Source of the DNA: Vicinamibacterales bacterium | Lineage (GTDB): Bacteria > Acidobacteriota > Vicinamibacteria > Vicinamibacterales > UBA2999 | Direction of reading: 5' to 3' | DNA length: 62,452 nt | NCBI GenBank assembly: GCA_036742665.1 | Contig: DAINQP010000006.1 | Coordinates: 1 to 62,452, forward strand | In this document: positions 1-11,428 of the stretch, in pieces | Layout of the letters: every line of letters begins with the position of its first letter | Position numbering within the stretch: the first letter of the stretch is position 1 | Notes under the pieces: generated by a model | Told to the model about the DNA's origin: nothing | The model's database searches: none | Seen by the model: only the letters and a program-made list of their open reading frames with translations | Program-made: the position numbers and the translations under genes

Positions 1-351
1 GGTCGTCATCGACTCGCCGTCCGGCTTCTCCCTGCTGGCGCTCAGCGTGCCGAGCATCATCCAGTCGCCTGGGCGCGCGTGCTCGCTGCGGTGATACAGG
101 AGCGGATCGGCGCGTCCATCGTGATGACCATCGCCATCGAGTTCAGGAGCGTCGGCGATCGAGACGGGAGGCACCCACGCGGCAACCTGACAGGGATACG
201 CCGAGGCGTCGAACTGCGTGATCGCGCGTGTGCCACTGCAGCCGGCGCTGACGTGTTGCCAGAACCGCTCGCGTCCGACGCCGAACGGCGATACGACACC
301 GATGCCGCTGATGACGACGCGATTCGGCCCGGACAGGGGCATGAGGCCCAT
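1..351 (-). CDS. Beta-ketoacyl-ACP synthase (FabF-like), N-terminal part only, runs off the window edge
   Basis: Not in the ORF track. My minus-strand translation gives NRVVISGIGVVSPFGVGRERFWQHVSAGCSGTRAITQFDASAYPCQVAAWVP, the typical KAS II N-terminus. Start is ATG 351 or ATG 342. The last ~35 codons do not look KAS-like. Confidence 0.75.
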   Translation of the reverse strand, partial: MGLMPLSGPNRVVISGIGVVSPFGVGRERFWQHVSAGCSGTRAITQFDASAYPCQVAAWVPPVSIADAPELDGDGHHDGRADPLLYHRSEHARPGDWMMLGTLSASREKPDGESMTT

Positions 352-364
352 ATAATACTGGGCC
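345..364. promoter_or_regulatory. Bidirectional -10 core (TATAAT on +, TATTAT on -) inside the GGCCCA...TGGGCC inverted repeat
   Basis: Sequence ggcccaTATAATactgggcc lies between divergent start codons at 342/351 (-) and 365 (+). Confidence 0.55.
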
Positions 365-1138
365 GTGCACGATTCAGGCCGCGCCGCATCCCCTACGGCG
401 AGGCTGTTTGCCTGGATCGGTGTCGTTCTGTTCGTCCTGTCGCTCAGCTATTTCGTGTACAGCTACTGGACGGTGTTTGGCATGCGCGCGGACGGCCCGC
501 TGCGGACGCCGCCCCTGGTCTGGAATGTGGTGCTCTTTTCAACGTTTGCACTGCATCACACGATATTTGCGCGCGATCGGATACGCCGTGCGTTGACTCA
601 GGCATTGGGACCCCTCGAACGATCGTTCTACGTGTGGGTGGCCAGCCTGTTGTTCATCGCGGTATGCAGGCTATGGCTGCCGCTGCCGGGGATCGTCTGG
701 GATGTCGCAGGAGCAGGCAGATTCATGCTGCTCTTTCTTCAAATCGGAGGAATTACCTTCTCCGTCTACAGCGCCGCCGCGATCGATATCTGGGAATTGG
801 CCGGCATACGGCAACTCAATTCCCAACTTCCAACTACCAACTCCCAACCACTCCCAACGCCCAACTCCCAACGAACGCCCGACTCCCAAAACGACTCCGA
901 GTTCAAGACGACAGGACCTTACGGGTTGGTCCGTCATCCGATTTATCTGGGATGGTTCGTGATTGTGTTCTCAGTCGGAACGATGACCATGACACGCTTT
1001 GTGTTCGCTATCGTCAGCTGCGCCTACATCCTGCTTGCGATCCCGTTTGAAGAGCGATCGCTTCGCCGATCGTCGAACGGCGCCTACGACGGTTACATGC
1101 AGAAGGTGCCCCGAAAACTAGTCCCGGGGCTGTATTGA
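365..1138 (+). CDS. Isoprenylcysteine carboxyl methyltransferase / NnrU-type membrane methyltransferase, MddA-like, with a repeat-derived insertion
   Basis: Multiple TM segments; ALHH..FAR, LERSFYVW.ASLL, GPYGLVRHPIYLG and EERSL motifs. Confidence 0.7.
   Translation: MHDSGRAASPTARLFAWIGVVLFVLSLSYFVYSYWTVFGMRADGPLRTPPLVWNVVLFSTFALHHTIFARDRIRRALTQALGPLERSFYVWVASLLFIAVCRLWLPLPGIVWDVAGAGRFMLLFLQIGGITFSVYSAAAIDIWELAGIRQLNSQLPTTNSQPLPTPNSQRTPDSQNDSEFKTTGPYGLVRHPIYLGWFVIVFSVGTMTMTRFVFAIVSCAYILLAIPFEERSLRRSSNGAYDGYMQKVPRKLVPGLY
812..890. repeat. Degenerate heptamer tandem repeat (CTCCCAA/CTTCCAA type) inside a CDS
   Basis: caattcccaacttccaactaccaactcccaaccactcccaacgcccaactcccaa; translates as NSQLPTTNSQPLPTPNSQ. 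Confidence 0.85.
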
Positions 1139-1155
1139 TTGGGAGTTGGGAATTG
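1136..1155. repeat. Short heptamer repeat arm (TTGGGAG/TTGGGAA) between convergent genes
   Basis: ttgggagttgggaattg at 1139-1155 is the reverse complement of 817-833 with one mismatch. Confidence 0.7.
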
Positions 1156-1158
1156 TAG

Positions 1159-1470
1159 CTATGCCTCGTCCTCCTCAACGTCCTGAGGCAGCCCTTCCAG
1201 TTCCTCGAGAAACACCAGCGCCCGGTGCGACGGAATTTCGAAACGCTTCCCGCACGATCGGCACGTGACGTCGTCATCGACGCGGATCAGGTGGTCCTTG
1301 CTCTTCCCAAACAGCGCGCGGTCGCGTTCGTTGGCGCCCGGAGGAAGCTGGGATTTCTTCGTGCGACGGATCCACTTCACCGAGTAATCGTTGGTGCGCC
1401 GGCAGCGCGGGCATTGGTAGCGCGACGGCCGCTGCTCAGGTTTTTCGGTGAAGAACTGGCGCTCGTCCAC
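1159..1470 (-). CDS. Conserved hypothetical zinc-ribbon protein (two CxxC pairs)
   Basis: CPRC and CRSC motifs with an acidic C-terminus. GTG 1470 is preferred as start because TGgTACGCT lies 6 nt upstream. Confidence 0.7.
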   Translation of the reverse strand: MDERQFFTEKPEQRPSRYQCPRCRRTNDYSVKWIRRTKKSQLPPGANERDRALFGKSKDHLIRVDDDVTCRSCGKRFEIPSHRALVFLEELEGLPQDVEEDEA

Positions 1471-1555
1471 GGTGGCAGCGTACCACACGAAGGCGGGCCC
1501 AAAAGCCCTACTGAGAAGACTACGGGCCCTACACTGATAGACTGGAAACAGCGCC

Positions 1556-3952
<2,397 letters not shown>

Positions 3953-3964
3953 GGCCCGCCCACA

Positions 3965-5134
3965 TTGGCACAAGCGATCGTCTTCTATATTTCCGGTCAC
4001 GGATTCGGTCACGCCTCACGCACCATCGAGGTCATCAACGCAATCCTGGCGCAGCGCCCTGAAACGCGAGTCGGCGTCCGCACGTCGGCACCGCGGTGGC
4101 TGTTCGATCTCACCGTCAAGGGCAAGGTTATGTACAGCACGCTCGAATGCGACACCGGTGTCGTGCAGGTCGACGCGCTGACGCTCGACGAAGCCGACAG
4201 CATTCGACGCGCGCAGTCGTTCCACAGCGACATGGTGACGCGCGCGGCAAGCGAGACGCGTGCGCTGCGCGAGCTTGGGGCGGGGCTTATCGTCGGCGAT
4301 ATCCCGCCGCTGGCCTTCGCCGTCGGCGCGTCCGCAGGCATTCCGTCGATCGGACTCGGCAACTTCACGTGGGACTGGGTCTACGCCGACTACCCGCGAG
4401 TGCGTCTGGCGCCGTCGCTGCTGCCAACCATTCGCGGCGCGTACGCGAAGGCGTCGATGGCGCTGCGGCTGCCGATGTCAGGTGGATTCGAGAGCTTCTC
4501 GAATGTGCGTGACATCCCGTTCGTCGCGCGACACGCCTCACGCACGCGCGACGAGGTCGCCAAGCTACTCAAGATTCCGGGAGACAAGCCGATCGTGCTG
4601 GCCTCGTTCGGCGGCTACGGCCTGACCGCGCTCGACACCGATGTCCTCTCGAAATTCAAGAAATATACGGTGGTGACCACCGTCACCGCCTCGCTGACGC
4701 GGGGACGACGGGATTCACCGGCCACTGAGAAAAAGGGCTCGGTCATCAGCATCAACGAAGAGTCGATGTATGCGACTGGCGTGCGCTACGAGGATCTCGT
4801 TGGCGCGGCTGATGCCGTGGTCACCAAGCCCGGCTACGGCATCGTCTCGGAGTGCATCGCCAACGATACGGCGATTCTCTACACGGCGCGCGGCCACTTC
4901 CCCGAGTACGACGTGATCCTGGAAGAGATGCCGAAGTATCTGCGCTCGGCGTTCATCAACCACGACGACCTTTTCGCGGGCAAATGGGAGTCGCATCTCG
5001 ACAAGCTGCTCGGGCAGGCGAAGCCGAAGAAGAAGCCCGAGACCAACGGCGCCGACGTTGCGGCAGACATTCTGCTCAAGGCGCTCGACAAGCCACCCAA
5101 GAAGCCGCGCGGCCGTCCCAAAGCAAAATTCTGA
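3965..5134 (+). CDS. GT-B fold glycosyltransferase-like protein (resembles the arabinokinase N-terminal domain), with a basic C-terminal tail
   Basis: YISGHGFGHA N-terminal motif; DLVGAADAVVTKPGYGIVSEC nucleotide-sugar-binding region. Confidence 0.7.
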   Translation: MAQAIVFYISGHGFGHASRTIEVINAILAQRPETRVGVRTSAPRWLFDLTVKGKVMYSTLECDTGVVQVDALTLDEADSIRRAQSFHSDMVTRAASETRALRELGAGLIVGDIPPLAFAVGASAGIPSIGLGNFTWDWVYADYPRVRLAPSLLPTIRGAYAKASMALRLPMSGGFESFSNVRDIPFVARHASRTRDEVAKLLKIPGDKPIVLASFGGYGLTALDTDVLSKFKKYTVVTTVTASLTRGRRDSPATEKKGSVISINEESMYATGVRYEDLVGAADAVVTKPGYGIVSECIANDTAILYTARGHFPEYDVILEEMPKYLRSAFINHDDLFAGKWESHLDKLLGQAKPKKKPETNGADVAADILLKALDKPPKKPRGRPKAKF

Positions 5135-5213
5135 TCCGTACTTGCCCTCAGCGCGAGAAGCAGCCGCATTTCTCAAGCACACGATCGAACGCTGCGGCTA
5201 ACCGAAGCGAGCG

Positions 5214-6329
5214 CTAGTTCTCGGAAGGCCTCTCCACGCGATCGATCACGAGCACTTCGATCGGCGCGCGCACGGAATCGAACTTGAGCCCGAGCTGCTC
5301 CTGAACCGCAGTGAACAGCACCGGCGGCGCATTCGGATCGGTCGACGGCGGGATTCTCACACCGAAGCTCGCGAACTGCGTCTCGTCGGGCGTCCAGGTG
5401 AGCGTGAAGTCATAGCGACCCTGCAGTCCGGTCTTGTCGATCACCGGCCGATCGAGCACGGCCAACTGCATCACACCGGCGAAGTCCCCCATCGTCGCGT
5501 TCGTCGCCGGCAGCACGCCGAGGCCTCTGAACAGCAACCCGGGCAACCCATTTGGATTGTTGTCGTTTTTCGTCATCTTCGACCCGCCCGGTGTCACGAC
5601 GAGCGCGTACGCCGACAGCTCCCGCATGTCGCGATGCGTCGTCAACTTGAAGCGATCCTCCAGGAGCGCGCGAATCATGTCGCGCATCTGGTTGACATTC
5701 GGCATCCCCTGCCCTTCGGGCTGGCCGGTGATGTCGTACTTGTCCGATTCCATCCACGACGGCCCTCCGATTACCTGCCGCAGGTGGAGACCGTAGGCGA
5801 AACTGATCAGATCGCTCAGCGCGGTGTTGATGGTCAGGACCTGCCGGCCCTTGATCGTCATCAGCTTGCCTTGCGCGGCTGGATTGCTCGGCTTGATGGT
5901 GGCGACCTCGAACACGGCCTTGGCATCGGCCGCCATGGCCTTCGGCGGCTCGGGGATCTTCCATGCCGTGTCGGCGTTCGCGCGCGCCAGGGTCATCGGC
6001 AATGGATTGTTGCCTTGCGTAAAGGTGCCAGTGACGGAGTTGCCATCTGCGCTGACAGTGCCTTCGAATCTGGCCCCGATGCCGCCGAAGGACATCCTGA
6101 GCGTCGTGCCCTGCAGCGTGATCGGATTGGCCGGGATACCCTGCGGCGTCTGATCGATGCTGTACATCGTCGCCTTCAAACCATCGGCAGTGGTGATGAC
6201 GAGGACGATTCGCAGATCCTTGCCAACCTGCAGAACGCCTTGCCACTGGCCGGCCAGCGTCTGCGACTGCGCCAGCAGGCTGGCCGAGAGCAGGAGCATC
6301 GTCACGATGGACCGCGTCAGTATGCGCAC
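5214..6329 (-). CDS. Acidobacterial soil-associated exported protein (TIGR03435-like) with an extra N-terminal beta domain
   Basis: Signal peptide; FEVATIKPS, GPSWMESDKYDI, LDRPVIDKTGLQGRYDFTL, LFTAVQEQLGLK and VLVIDRVERPSEN motifs. Start moved to GTG 6329, with TACGCT 7 nt upstream. Confidence 0.85.
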   Translation of the reverse strand: MRILTRSIVTMLLLSASLLAQSQTLAGQWQGVLQVGKDLRIVLVITTADGLKATMYSIDQTPQGIPANPITLQGTTLRMSFGGIGARFEGTVSADGNSVTGTFTQGNNPLPMTLARANADTAWKIPEPPKAMAADAKAVFEVATIKPSNPAAQGKLMTIKGRQVLTINTALSDLISFAYGLHLRQVIGGPSWMESDKYDITGQPEGQGMPNVNQMRDMIRALLEDRFKLTTHRDMRELSAYALVVTPGGSKMTKNDNNPNGLPGLLFRGLGVLPATNATMGDFAGVMQLAVLDRPVIDKTGLQGRYDFTLTWTPDETQFASFGVRIPPSTDPNAPPVLFTAVQEQLGLKFDSVRAPIEVLVIDRVERPSEN

Positions 6330-6511
6330 GGCGGGTAGCGTAACATCGGAGCGTGACCGTTCATAGACTCGGAACAATGTCCGGTCGACGACGCATTCGT
6401 CACCGCCGAAGAGGCGTCGACTCATCCGGTCTACGCGCTGAAATACGACCAGGTCGGAGTCGGGGATACCGGCCATCTCGATACAATCAAGCCGCGAGTG
6501 CGGTAATCACG

Positions 6512-8452
6512 ATGCGCGGAGTCGGATGGCTCTCGAGCGCGCTGGTGCTGCTCGCCAGCGTGATCACCGGCCAACAGAACGGTGAGTGGCTGGCCTATGG
6601 GCGCGATCCGGGAGGGGAGCGCTATTCCCCGCTGGAGGACGTCAACCGTAAGAACGTCGCGTCGCTCCAAGTCGCCTGGACATTTCGCACGGGCGACGCC
6701 TACCAGCCGCCTCGCGGCCGCCCGACGGCATTCGAGACGACACCGCTCTACGCGGACGGCACGCTATATCTCAGCACGCCGCTTGGCCGCGTCATCGCGC
6801 TCGACCCGGTCACCGGGCGCCAGCGATGGGTGTTCGATGCGAAGATCCCGCGTGATGCCGGCTACGGCGATTTCGCCAGCCGCGGCGTGTCGACGTGGCA
6901 ACGAGGACGTGAACGCCGGATTTTCGTCGCGACGATCGACGCGCGCCTGATTGCGTTGAACGCCGCGACGGGCGAACCTGTCCAGTCGTTCGGCACGGCT
7001 GGCACCGTGGATCTACGGCAGGGTCTGCGCATCGCTCCAGCAGGATTTGCCGACTATGAGGTCACCTCGCCGCCTGCCGTCATCGGCAACACCATCGTCG
7101 TAGGCTCGGCGATTCAGGATGGCGCCAGGACGACCGAGCCGAGCGGGGAGGTCAGGGCCTTCGACGCGGTCACTGGCGCCATGAAGTGGCGCTGGGATCC
7201 GATCCCACAGGATTCGTCAACAGCAGGAGCAGACACCTGGAAGAACGGGAGCGCCACACGCACGGGTGCCGCCAATGTCTGGTCGGTGATTGTCGCGGAT
7301 TCCGCGCGCAATCTCGTGTTCGTCCCGACGAGCAGCCCCAGCCCCGACTACTACGGCGGTGAACGCCTCGGAGACAACCTGTTCGCCAATTCCGTGGTGG
7401 CGCTGCGCGCCGACACGGGCGCGCCCGTGTGGCATTTCCAGACGGTTCATCACGATCTCTGGGACTATGACGTGGCGTCGCCGCCGATCCTGTTCGACTG
7501 GCGCAAGGACGGACGCACGGTGGCGGCCATCGCCGCGGCATCGAAGACCGGCCATGTCTTCGTACTCGATCGCCAAACCGGCCGCCCGCTCATTCCCGTC
7601 GAAGAGCGCGCGGTACCGAAAAGCGACGTTCCCGGTGAGGAGGCGTCACCGACACAGCCCTTCCCCGCTGCCCCTCGCTCACTGGCGCGCACGACGCTGA
7701 CGGCGGACGAAGCGTGGGGGCTGACCGATGCGGATCGCGCGTGGTGCCGGGACACGATACGTCCGCTGCGCGCTGAGGGTTTCTTCACACCACCATCGCA
7801 GCGCGGGACCATCGTTGTCCCGGGCAACGTGGGCGGCGTTGCATGGGCAGGCATGGCACACGATCGCGCGAACGGCCTTCTCGTCATGCCGGTGAACAAC
7901 ATCGCCTCGGAAGTACGGTTGATTCCACGTGCCGACCTCGACGAGCAGCGTAAGCGCCTGGCCCCCGACTTCGAGCTGCACTTGCAACGAGGCACGCCCT
8001 ATGCGCTGGTGCGGCGCCTCCTCCTTGGCCCCCAGACGATGCTGCCGTGTACGCCGCCGCCATGGGGCACCCTGACCGCGGTGAGAACCGCAACGGGAGA
8101 GATCGCGTGGCAGGTGCCGCTCGGACGCTTCCCCGGCACCGAACGCGCGACAGACGCGGCACAGTGGGGCTCGATCGCGCTCGGCGGTCCAATCGTGACG
8201 GCCGGTGGACTCGTCTTCACCGCTGGCACACTCGAAGCCGCGATATACGCCTTCGACGTGCAGAGCGGTCGCCAGCTGTGGACCGGCCAACTGCCGACGA
8301 GCGCGCGCTCAACGCCGATGACGTACCGCGGCCCCGACAGCCGGCAGTACATCGTCATCGCCGCAGGCGGCCACGGCGTCCAAATCGGCCCGCCACTGGG
8401 TGATTACCTGGTCGCGTTCGCGCTCCCTGACGACAAGTCGCAGAAGAAGTAG
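6512..8452 (+). CDS. PQQ-dependent dehydrogenase (quinoprotein glucose/quinate dehydrogenase family)
   Basis: WLAYGRD.GG.RYSPL, SRGV, WHFQTVHHDLWDYD, PPWGTL, GGPIVTAGGLVF and TPMTY motifs; signal peptide follows ATG 6512. Confidence 0.9.
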   Translation: MRGVGWLSSALVLLASVITGQQNGEWLAYGRDPGGERYSPLEDVNRKNVASLQVAWTFRTGDAYQPPRGRPTAFETTPLYADGTLYLSTPLGRVIALDPVTGRQRWVFDAKIPRDAGYGDFASRGVSTWQRGRERRIFVATIDARLIALNAATGEPVQSFGTAGTVDLRQGLRIAPAGFADYEVTSPPAVIGNTIVVGSAIQDGARTTEPSGEVRAFDAVTGAMKWRWDPIPQDSSTAGADTWKNGSATRTGAANVWSVIVADSARNLVFVPTSSPSPDYYGGERLGDNLFANSVVALRADTGAPVWHFQTVHHDLWDYDVASPPILFDWRKDGRTVAAIAAASKTGHVFVLDRQTGRPLIPVEERAVPKSDVPGEEASPTQPFPAAPRSLARTTLTADEAWGLTDADRAWCRDTIRPLRAEGFFTPPSQRGTIVVPGNVGGVAWAGMAHDRANGLLVMPVNNIASEVRLIPRADLDEQRKRLAPDFELHLQRGTPYALVRRLLLGPQTMLPCTPPPWGTLTAVRTATGEIAWQVPLGRFPGTERATDAAQWGSIALGGPIVTAGGLVFTAGTLEAAIYAFDVQSGRQLWTGQLPTSARSTPMTYRGPDSRQYIVIAAGGHGVQIGPPLGDYLVAFALPDDKSQKK

Positions 8453-8538
8453 ATCAGCGGTTACATCTGCAACACCCAGCGGATCCCGCCGAGAATGTGC
8501 GCCTGATAAGATGTCCTGCCAAACGACTCCAGTGCGAA

Positions 8539-9240
8539 TCAGCGCACTTCGATCTCGACGACGCGAGCGTCGCCGACGCCGAGGCGGACGATGTGATGCG
8601 TGTCGCCGCTGGGGACGAGAATCCACTGCCCCGGCTGCGTCAACTGCTTGAGTCCAATCGGTGCACCGGGGTTGGCCTTGGCCTGCTTATCGGGGCCGTC
8701 GGACATCACCGTGCCACTGATCAACACCGCAACCGTCGGAACGGCGTGTGTGTGTGAGGTCTGCGAGGTGTCCTTGGTCAAGCTCACGTCATACAGCCTG
8801 AACGAGCGCGCTTCACGGGTCATCTTCGTCGCGAGGCCGCTGGCCGCCGGTGCCGTGGACCACCCGCTCGTCTTCAGGTTCTCGACGGCGAACAACTGGT
8901 ACGCGCCCTTGCCGACGTTCTCGATCGTGTGGCTCTGCGCCTTGCCGGCGTACTCCGCGATGGTTGCGTCACCAAGCGGCCGCGAGGGGCGCTCGGCGGC
9001 CGGCTCACCGCCGGTCTGGATGCGGGTGTTGGTGCCGGCCGACATCGAGATGGTGGCGATGTCGAGTTCGTGCCGATGATCGAGCGACTTGTCGCCGGGC
9101 GGGATGTTGACGTCGAGGATGCGGAGCTGCGGGTTCTCGAACGTCATGTGATGCCGCGGTTCCTTCGACAGCGGAACCTGGGCCACAACAGAGGCAACCG
9201 TCGCAACGAAGAAGAGGCCTATCCAGCGTGATCGATTCAT
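8539..9240 (-). CDS. Exported cupin-like protein
   Basis: Signal peptide; two cupin-like halves (FENPQLRILDVNIPPG..SLDHRH and SHTHAVP..GDTHH); alternative start at 9252. Confidence 0.6.
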   Translation of the reverse strand: MNRSRWIGLFFVATVASVVAQVPLSKEPRHHMTFENPQLRILDVNIPPGDKSLDHRHELDIATISMSAGTNTRIQTGGEPAAERPSRPLGDATIAEYAGKAQSHTIENVGKGAYQLFAVENLKTSGWSTAPAASGLATKMTREARSFRLYDVSLTKDTSQTSHTHAVPTVAVLISGTVMSDGPDKQAKANPGAPIGLKQLTQPGQWILVPSGDTHHIVRLGVGDARVVEIEVR

Positions 9241-9329
9241 GAGGGGGATCATGCTTCATCGGCCACTCCTCGTGCCAGTCCGAGGTAAGATTGACCGCGC
9301 GTCCGCGCCCACTTCGCTGGAGGTCTCGC

Positions 9330-9881
9330 ATGACACGTGTCGCCTTTGCCGTCTTCGGTGCCCTGGTCCTCGCAACTCCCTCGTGGGCGCAGGCGCCGGC
9401 CGACGCTGCCGTCGAGAAGGCGTTGCTCGCCGCCCCGGAAAACATGAAAAAGGACGCGACGGTCGTCGCCTTCAAGCCGGATTTCACCTACGACACGATC
9501 AAGAAGGGCACAAACACCATGGTGTGCCTCGACCGGTCGGGGTTGCCTGGCCAGCAGCCGTTCTCCATCGAATGCACAAGCCTCGGCAACCTGCCTCGTG
9601 TGGCGCAGAACCTGAAATTCGAGGCGGAACCAGATCGCACGAAACGCCAGGCGGCGCTGGACGCGGCGGAAAAGGACGGATCGCGCATCAAGCCCGAGTA
9701 CGGGTCGGTGTGGATCAGGATGCAGGGGCCGGACAAGGACAAGGCGCGGACGCACATGACCGTCGCCGTGCCGGGTGCGACCACGCAGTCCACCGGATTG
9801 CCCGACAACCCAAAACAGGGGGGTGTCTGGATCATGAACGCGGGCACATCAACCGCGCATCTGATGATCCCGGGACACTGA
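9330..9881 (+). CDS. Hypothetical exported protein
   Basis: GGAGG Shine-Dalgarno before ATG 9330; signal peptide ending SWA-QAP; high-GC codon pattern. Confidence 0.75.
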   Translation: MTRVAFAVFGALVLATPSWAQAPADAAVEKALLAAPENMKKDATVVAFKPDFTYDTIKKGTNTMVCLDRSGLPGQQPFSIECTSLGNLPRVAQNLKFEAEPDRTKRQAALDAAEKDGSRIKPEYGSVWIRMQGPDKDKARTHMTVAVPGATTQSTGLPDNPKQGGVWIMNAGTSTAHLMIPGH

Positions 9882-9891
9882 GCTCGTGCGC

Positions 9892-10215
9892 ATGAAAGCG
9901 CTGTTGATCGTGAGCGTGCTCGGCGTGGCAGTGTCCGCGCAGAGCACGCAAACCTTCACCGGCGTGATCACCGATGACATGTGTGCGAAGGAGGGCCATG
10001 CGTCGATGCGCATGGGCCCGACTGACGCTGAATGCACGATAGCGTGCGTCGCCGCGCACGGCGCCGAGTATGTGCTGGCCGACGGCACGAACGTCTATAC
10101 GCTGAGCGATCAGAAGACACCTGAGAAATTTGCGGGACAGCGCGTCAGGGTCGCTGGCACGCTGGATGCCAAGACCAAGAAGATCCAGGTGAAGTCGATC
10201 AGCGCGGCCAAATAG
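9892..10215 (+). CDS. Small exported OB-fold-like protein (DUF5818-like)
   Basis: Signal peptide; FTGVITDDMC, ECTIACV and GQRVRVAGTL motifs, common in Acidobacteria. Confidence 0.65.
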   Translation: MKALLIVSVLGVAVSAQSTQTFTGVITDDMCAKEGHASMRMGPTDAECTIACVAAHGAEYVLADGTNVYTLSDQKTPEKFAGQRVRVAGTLDAKTKKIQVKSISAAK

Positions 10216-10224
10216 CGCTGCCGC

Positions 10225-11319
10225 GTGAGCCTCGACGAGCTGCGCCGATTCGCTGTCGCACGCAGCCTCTTTCCTCGGACCACACTCCAACGCGCGCTCG
10301 ATACGCTGGCCTTCGTACAGGCCGATCCGATCCGGGCGCCAGCTCGCGCCCAGGATCTGACGCTCAGTCATCGGGTGCGCGGCTATCGCGCCGGCGATCT
10401 CGAACGCCTCTATGGCCGGCTCGACATTCACGAGGACTTCTTCGTGAACTATGGATTCGTCACCAGCGCGCTCCAGGCGTTGATGCACCCGCGCGGCGGA
10501 CCAGCGCCTTGGAGTGCTGCCCGCGGACGGCATGTGCGCGCGCTGCTCGACTTCGTCCGCACACACGGGACTGTGCATCCACGAGACGTGGACGCGCACT
10601 TCTCGCACGGCACGGTGGTCAACTACTGGGGCGGTTCCTCCAGCGCGACGACTCACCTGATGGATGCGATGCACTATCGCGGGCTGCTGCGAGTCGTACG
10701 CCGCGACGCCGGGATCCGCATCTACGCCGTTCACGAGCATCCGGCGGCGCCGCGCGATGCAACCACACGCGTCGCGCACCTCGATGCGCTCGTCGACGTT
10801 GTCGTCGCCAAGTACGCGCCATTGCCGGCGGCGAGTCTGTCGATGCTCGTGCGACGGCTGCGATACGCCGTCCCGCAGTGGAGAGGCGAATTGGGCCGCA
10901 CGCTACAGCGAGCGACACGTCGTCTCGCGCACGCGCGCGTGGACGGCGTGGACTGGTATTGGCCGTCCGCTGAGGACCCGGCCGCTGCAGTTACAGACGA
11001 CACGGTCCGTCTGCTGGCGCCCTTCGATCCCGTCGTCTGGGACCGAAGGCGTTTCGAAATGCTGTGGGGCTGGGCCTACCGCTTCGAGGCTTACACGCCG
11101 GTGCCGAAGCGGAAGCTCGGCTACTACGCCCTGCCGCTGCTGTGGCGGGATCGCGTCATCGGCTGGGGCAACGTGGCGGTGAAAGATGGCGCGTTGCGTT
11201 CGGATTTTGGTTACGTCGCCTCTCGCCCACCGCGCGATCGTGCATTCACGCGCGCTCTCGACGAGGAGCTCGCTCGCCTGCACATGTTTCTGGGCCTTTC
11301 AACCATTGTTGAATGCTGA
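10225..11319 (+). CDS. YcaQ/AlkZ-family winged-helix DNA glycosylase (interstrand cross-link repair)
   Basis: QxD motif (VQADPI), LLAPFDPVVWDR, YRFEAYTP..KRKLGYYALPLL. Confidence 0.85.
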   Translation: MSLDELRRFAVARSLFPRTTLQRALDTLAFVQADPIRAPARAQDLTLSHRVRGYRAGDLERLYGRLDIHEDFFVNYGFVTSALQALMHPRGGPAPWSAARGRHVRALLDFVRTHGTVHPRDVDAHFSHGTVVNYWGGSSSATTHLMDAMHYRGLLRVVRRDAGIRIYAVHEHPAAPRDATTRVAHLDALVDVVVAKYAPLPAASLSMLVRRLRYAVPQWRGELGRTLQRATRRLAHARVDGVDWYWPSAEDPAAAVTDDTVRLLAPFDPVVWDRRRFEMLWGWAYRFEAYTPVPKRKLGYYALPLLWRDRVIGWGNVAVKDGALRSDFGYVASRPPRDRAFTRALDEELARLHMFLGLSTIVEC

Positions 11320-11428
11320 TCTGTGATCGTGGATTGGTTTGCGATCGTCGATCCTTGATTGTTGATTGGCGACTTCAACAACAATCACCAGCCACAAATC
11401 ACCAATCACCAATCAAAGATCAAGAATC
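11314..11428. repeat. Degenerate inverted heptamer repeat (TGATTGG / CAATCAC type) between convergent genes
   Basis: Left arm ...ttgattgttgattgg; right arm caatcaccagccacaaatcaccaatcaccaatcaaagatcaagaatc. Confidence 0.75.
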
